DNA of 5,616 nucleotides from a virus (Duplodnaviria; Heunggongvirae; Uroviricota; Caudoviricetes): IMG/VR virus record IMGVR_UViG_2778261085_000003, positions 1 to 5,616 of that record; one strand, 5' to 3'. Shown piece by piece: positions 4,547 to 5,616 of this stretch (position 1 is its first letter; each line of letters starts with the position of its first letter). The notes under the pieces were generated by a model. It saw only the letters and a program-made list of their open reading frames with translations, ran no database searches and was not told where the DNA came from. The position numbers and the translations under genes were made by a program.

Positions 4547-4969
4547 ATGGCAAAAGTATTTACACAGGAAGAGCGGGAAAAAATTAAAGGGCAGGTTGTT
4601 GAACTTGTGCGCCTGAACGGGCGTGAGACGTTACGACAACTGGAAACTAAAACAGGGACAACAAGATATCTGATAAGTACTCTCGCCAAAGAGCTGGTTG
4701 CCAGTGGTGACGTATACAACTCTGGCTACGGGTTATTCCCGTCAGAACAGGCTCGTAAGGACTGGCAAAACGCCCGCAAAAAACTCTCGAGGGCAAAGGT
4801 GAAGAAACCATCTGTGGTTGATCCGGATCTTATCTTTTTATTACCAGACGGGGAAATCCGTCGCTACGACAGGCGTCAGAACATAATTTGTCGCGAATGC
4901 CGGAAGAGCGAAGTTATGCAGCGTGTACTGGCGTTTTATTTGGGAAATTTTCAGGAGATATTATCGTGA
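4547..4969 (+). CDS. Hypothetical prophage protein, 140 aa, with helix-turn-helix-like N-terminus
   Basis: ORF in track; strong ribosome-binding site (GGGAGGG about 5 nt upstream); segment RETLRQLETKTGTTRYLISTLAKELVASG looks like a helix-turn-helix; basic C-terminal half. Function not recognised. Confidence 0.8.
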   Translation: MAKVFTQEEREKIKGQVVELVRLNGRETLRQLETKTGTTRYLISTLAKELVASGDVYNSGYGLFPSEQARKDWQNARKKLSRAKVKKPSVVDPDLIFLLPDGEIRRYDRRQNIICRECRKSEVMQRVLAFYLGNFQEILS

Positions 4970-5100
4970 GTAAAATTAACCACCAGGCACTGCGTGAGTA
5001 TGCAGAAAAGGCAACTAAAGGAAGCTACATCGTAGGGCATACATCCGTCAATCAGCATGGGAATATAACAGGTGTTTTTGTTTGTCAAAAAAGGAATTGA
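4966..5100 (+). CDS. Small ORF, 44 aa, possible N-terminal fragment of an Ea22-like protein
   Basis: In-frame GTG at 4966 overlaps the upstream stop (GTGA) and follows AGGAG at 4953-4957 by about 8 nt; the track's ATG at 4888 lies inside the upstream gene and is less likely. Product would begin with the GTG codon read as Met, then SKINHQALREYAEKATKGSYIVGHTSVNQHGNITGVFVCQKRN. The ALRE..AEKAT motif resembles N-termini of ead/Ea22-like prophage proteins (recollection, unverified). Confidence 0.4.
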   Translation: MSKINHQALREYAEKATKGSYIVGHTSVNQHGNITGVFVCQKRN

Positions 5101-5112
5101 GAAGCTGATGGC

Positions 5113-5385
5113 GTGATTGCCGAATGTCATGTTAACTGCCTGACTGAAACAGGTGCTCAGGCTTATGCAAATGCTGAATTTATTGCCACTTTTAATCCAG
5201 AGATTGCAATGGTTCTGCTGGATGAGCGAGAGGTCAAAAACAGGCTCATGGTTGAGCTGACAATGTGGATTAAGCGACTGTCCCACTCCTTAAGATACGC
5301 CAATGGTTTAAGCGGTTTGCCTGAACAGGCGATGGCGTATCTGAAACAGAACGGACTGGTAAGCGTGAAGGATGTTTTACGATGA
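5113..5385 (+). CDS. Ea22-like family protein, C-terminal portion, 90 aa
   Basis: ORF in track with GTG start and no convincing ribosome-binding site; same reading frame as 4966..5100, separated from it only by the TGA at 5098-5100. The AECHVNCLTETGAQAYANAEFIATFNPEIAMVLLDERE motif resembles ead/Ea22-like proteins (recollection, unverified). Confidence 0.55.
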   Translation: MIAECHVNCLTETGAQAYANAEFIATFNPEIAMVLLDEREVKNRLMVELTMWIKRLSHSLRYANGLSGLPEQAMAYLKQNGLVSVKDVLR

Positions 5386-5465
5386 CCAGACCTGAAGCAT
5401 TCACTGCGGTGGGAATTGCAATGGCGGTAGCACTGGGTGTTTTTTCAATTTTCCGTTTGGGATAA
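5382..5465 (+). CDS. Candidate small hydrophobic peptide, 27 aa (MTRPEAFTAVGIAMAVALGVFSIFRLG)
   Basis: Not in the ORF track (too short). ATG at 5382 overlaps the upstream stop as ATGA; the product is a single hydrophobic helix-like segment; TAA at 5463-5465. No independent ribosome-binding site; the call rests on the overlap and composition only. Confidence 0.3.
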   Translation: MTRPEAFTAVGIAMAVALGVFSIFRLG

Positions 5466-5616
5466 AAGCCGCCCGGAATGAACCGCCCCGGGTTTCCTGG
5501 AGAGTGTTTTATCTGTGAACTCAGGCTGCCAGATCATCGTTTCCGATGGAAGCATAATAAGCTTTTTCTGCTTCTGCCGGAGGAGTATGGCCCAGCCTTT
5601 CCAGCAATCGTCGATT

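Larger units (their letters stand above)
1..5616. mobile_element. Lambdoid (Qin/Rac-like) prophage, early immunity-replication region; window lies wholly inside the element
   Basis: Divergent repressor/Cro pair (DicA-like, DicC-like) with palindromic operators, followed by YdaT-family, O-like initiator and lambda P-like loader in canonical early-right order; small ydfABC-like genes on the repressor side. No integrase or attachment site in the window. Confidence 0.7.

Noticed and set aside
4102-4719. ORFs 4102..4293 (-), 4431..4616 (+) and 4534..4719 (-)
   Set aside because: Nested in or antisense to the two well-supported plus-strand genes at 3802..4530 and 4547..4969, which have strong ribosome-binding sites.
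4888-5100. ATG at 4888 as the start of the small ORF (70 aa)
   Set aside because: It lies 82 nt inside the upstream gene with no ribosome-binding site; the in-frame GTG at 4966 has AGGAG upstream and overlaps the upstream stop (GTGA).
4951-5286. Minus-strand 111-aa ORF
   Set aside because: Antisense to the Ea22-like frame; Cys/Phe-rich; no start signal.
5468-5495. GC-rich element after the 27-aa ORF as an intrinsic terminator
   Set aside because: The two GC-rich blocks are direct repeats (GCCGCCCGG and CCGCCCCGGG), not inverted; only a 5-bp CCCGG/CCGGG stem with an 11-nt loop can form, followed by just three T. Too weak to call a terminator.
1-5616. CRISPR array, tRNA/rRNA genes, insertion sequence or integrase
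   Set aside because: No regularly spaced repeat-spacer array, no tRNA-like or rRNA-like sequence, no transposase-like or recombinase-like reading frame, and no terminal inverted repeats were recognisable anywhere in the window.

Overview
This window reads as the immunity and replication (early) region of a lambdoid, Qin/Rac-like enterobacterial prophage. All calls rest on reading the sequence and on recalled protein families; no search was run. Minus strand, right to left: a DicA-like repressor (1047..1454), a candidate promoter with two operator-like palindromes, then three small tightly packed genes matching the ydfA/ydfB/ydfC arrangement (51, 42 and 72 aa), and an AT-rich unknown gene that starts at 324 and runs off the left edge where the Qin prophage carries dicF/dicB. 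Plus strand: a DicC-like Cro (1537..1767), a YdaT-family protein, a replication initiator combining a helix-turn-helix N-terminus with a DnaT C-terminal-like domain, a lambda P-like helicase loader, two uncharacterised proteins with helix-turn-helix-like N-termini, an Ea22-like reading frame split by one in-frame TGA, and a 27-aa hydrophobic peptide. The most interesting points are iteron-like direct repeats inside the initiator gene (candidate origin), a 212-nt out-of-frame overlap between initiator and loader, a four-member operator family, and the AT-rich cargo gene at the left edge. No tRNA, rRNA, CRISPR array or transposase was seen. I could not identify a clearly novel system; the uncharacterised genes at 1..324, 3802..4530 and 4547..4969 are the best candidates for one.
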